From NCBI GenBank assembly GCA_963848295.1, contig CAWKDB010000011.1:160001-224000 (forward strand): DNA of 64,000 nt, in the 5' to 3' direction. The notes beneath the pieces are model-generated. The model saw nothing but the letters and a program-made list of their open reading frames with translations. It was not told the DNA's origin and ran no database searches. Below are positions 63,626 to 64,000 of this stretch, piece after piece; the first letter of the stretch is position 1; each line of letters opens with the position of its first letter. Origin of the DNA: an uncultured delta proteobacterium (GTDB taxonomy: Bacteria > Myxococcota_A > Polyangia > Haliangiales > Haliangiaceae). Both the position numbers and the translations under genes were made by a program.

Positions 63626-64000
63626 AGGCGCTCGCGATCGCGGTCATGGTCGCGCTCGCCGCAGGCACCTCTCACGCACAGCTGGTCGACTACGATCCGA
63701 ACAGCGACGCGTGGAACGGGCTGTCGAGCTTCAAGGCGCTCGCCGGTGGCATGGGCAAGGACGTCACCACGCCGAGCTCGGTCGACTGGAGCGAGCTCGG
63801 CGCCGAGGACATCCTCGTGATCATCTATCCGCTGCAAGCGATCGACGCGCGCCGGCTCGAAGAGTTCATCCAAGCGGGCGGCAACGTCCTGATCGCGGAC
63901 GACTTCGGCGAAGCGCGCGACGCGATGGCGCGGCTGGGGCTGATCCGCGCGGACCGCTACGTCGCCACCCGGTTCTACGACAACAAGGTGTTCGCCCCGA
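63622..64000 (+). CDS. DUF4350-like exported protein (partial, runs off the window end)
   Basis: Signal peptide; WNGLSSFKAL, LEEFIQAGGNVLIADDFG. Confidence 0.7.
   Translation, partial: MKALAIAVMVALAAGTSHAQLVDYDPNSDAWNGLSSFKALAGGMGKDVTTPSSVDWSELGAEDILVIIYPLQAIDARRLEEFIQAGGNVLIADDFGEARDAMARLGLIRADRYVATRFYDNKVFAP

Overview
High-GC (roughly 70% by eye) bacterial chromosomal DNA with about 58 densely packed CDSs. The gene content points to Myxococcota, probably a Kofleriaceae/Haliangiales-like organism (inference): AgmX/PglI-like C-terminal domains, a myxobacterial Cys-rich repeat, a eukaryotic-type Ser/Thr kinase, PrkA, a roadblock protein and many lipoproteins. Housekeeping and metabolic blocks are pyrC-carA, hisS, a sirtuin, a split B12-dependent methylmalonyl-CoA mutase with MeaB, a thiolase-hbd-crotonase-two acyl-CoA dehydrogenase operon, a cysteine desulfurase, and cmk-rpsA-lapA-(epimerase)-lapB. 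I saw no rRNA, tRNA, CRISPR array, transposase or integrase. About 13 single-base indels, some in essential genes (rpsA, cmk), look like long-read errors. The most unusual observations are: (i) a left-end locus with an Afp15/Pvc15-like AAA ATPase tail, a HEAT protein and a beta-propeller fused to an apparently ATPase-less N-half of the same ATPase family; (ii) a small Sm/LSm-like protein lacking the usual RNA-binding motifs; (iii) a synonymously recoded duplicate of the cysteine desulfurase 3' end; (iv) a 37-bp tandem array built from the stop codons of two convergent genes; (v) palindromic elements inserted in-frame in proteins; (vi) an NrtR-like operator on the sirtuin promoter; (vii) widespread apparent leaderless promoters. 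All functional calls come from motif recognition by eye; no database searches were run.
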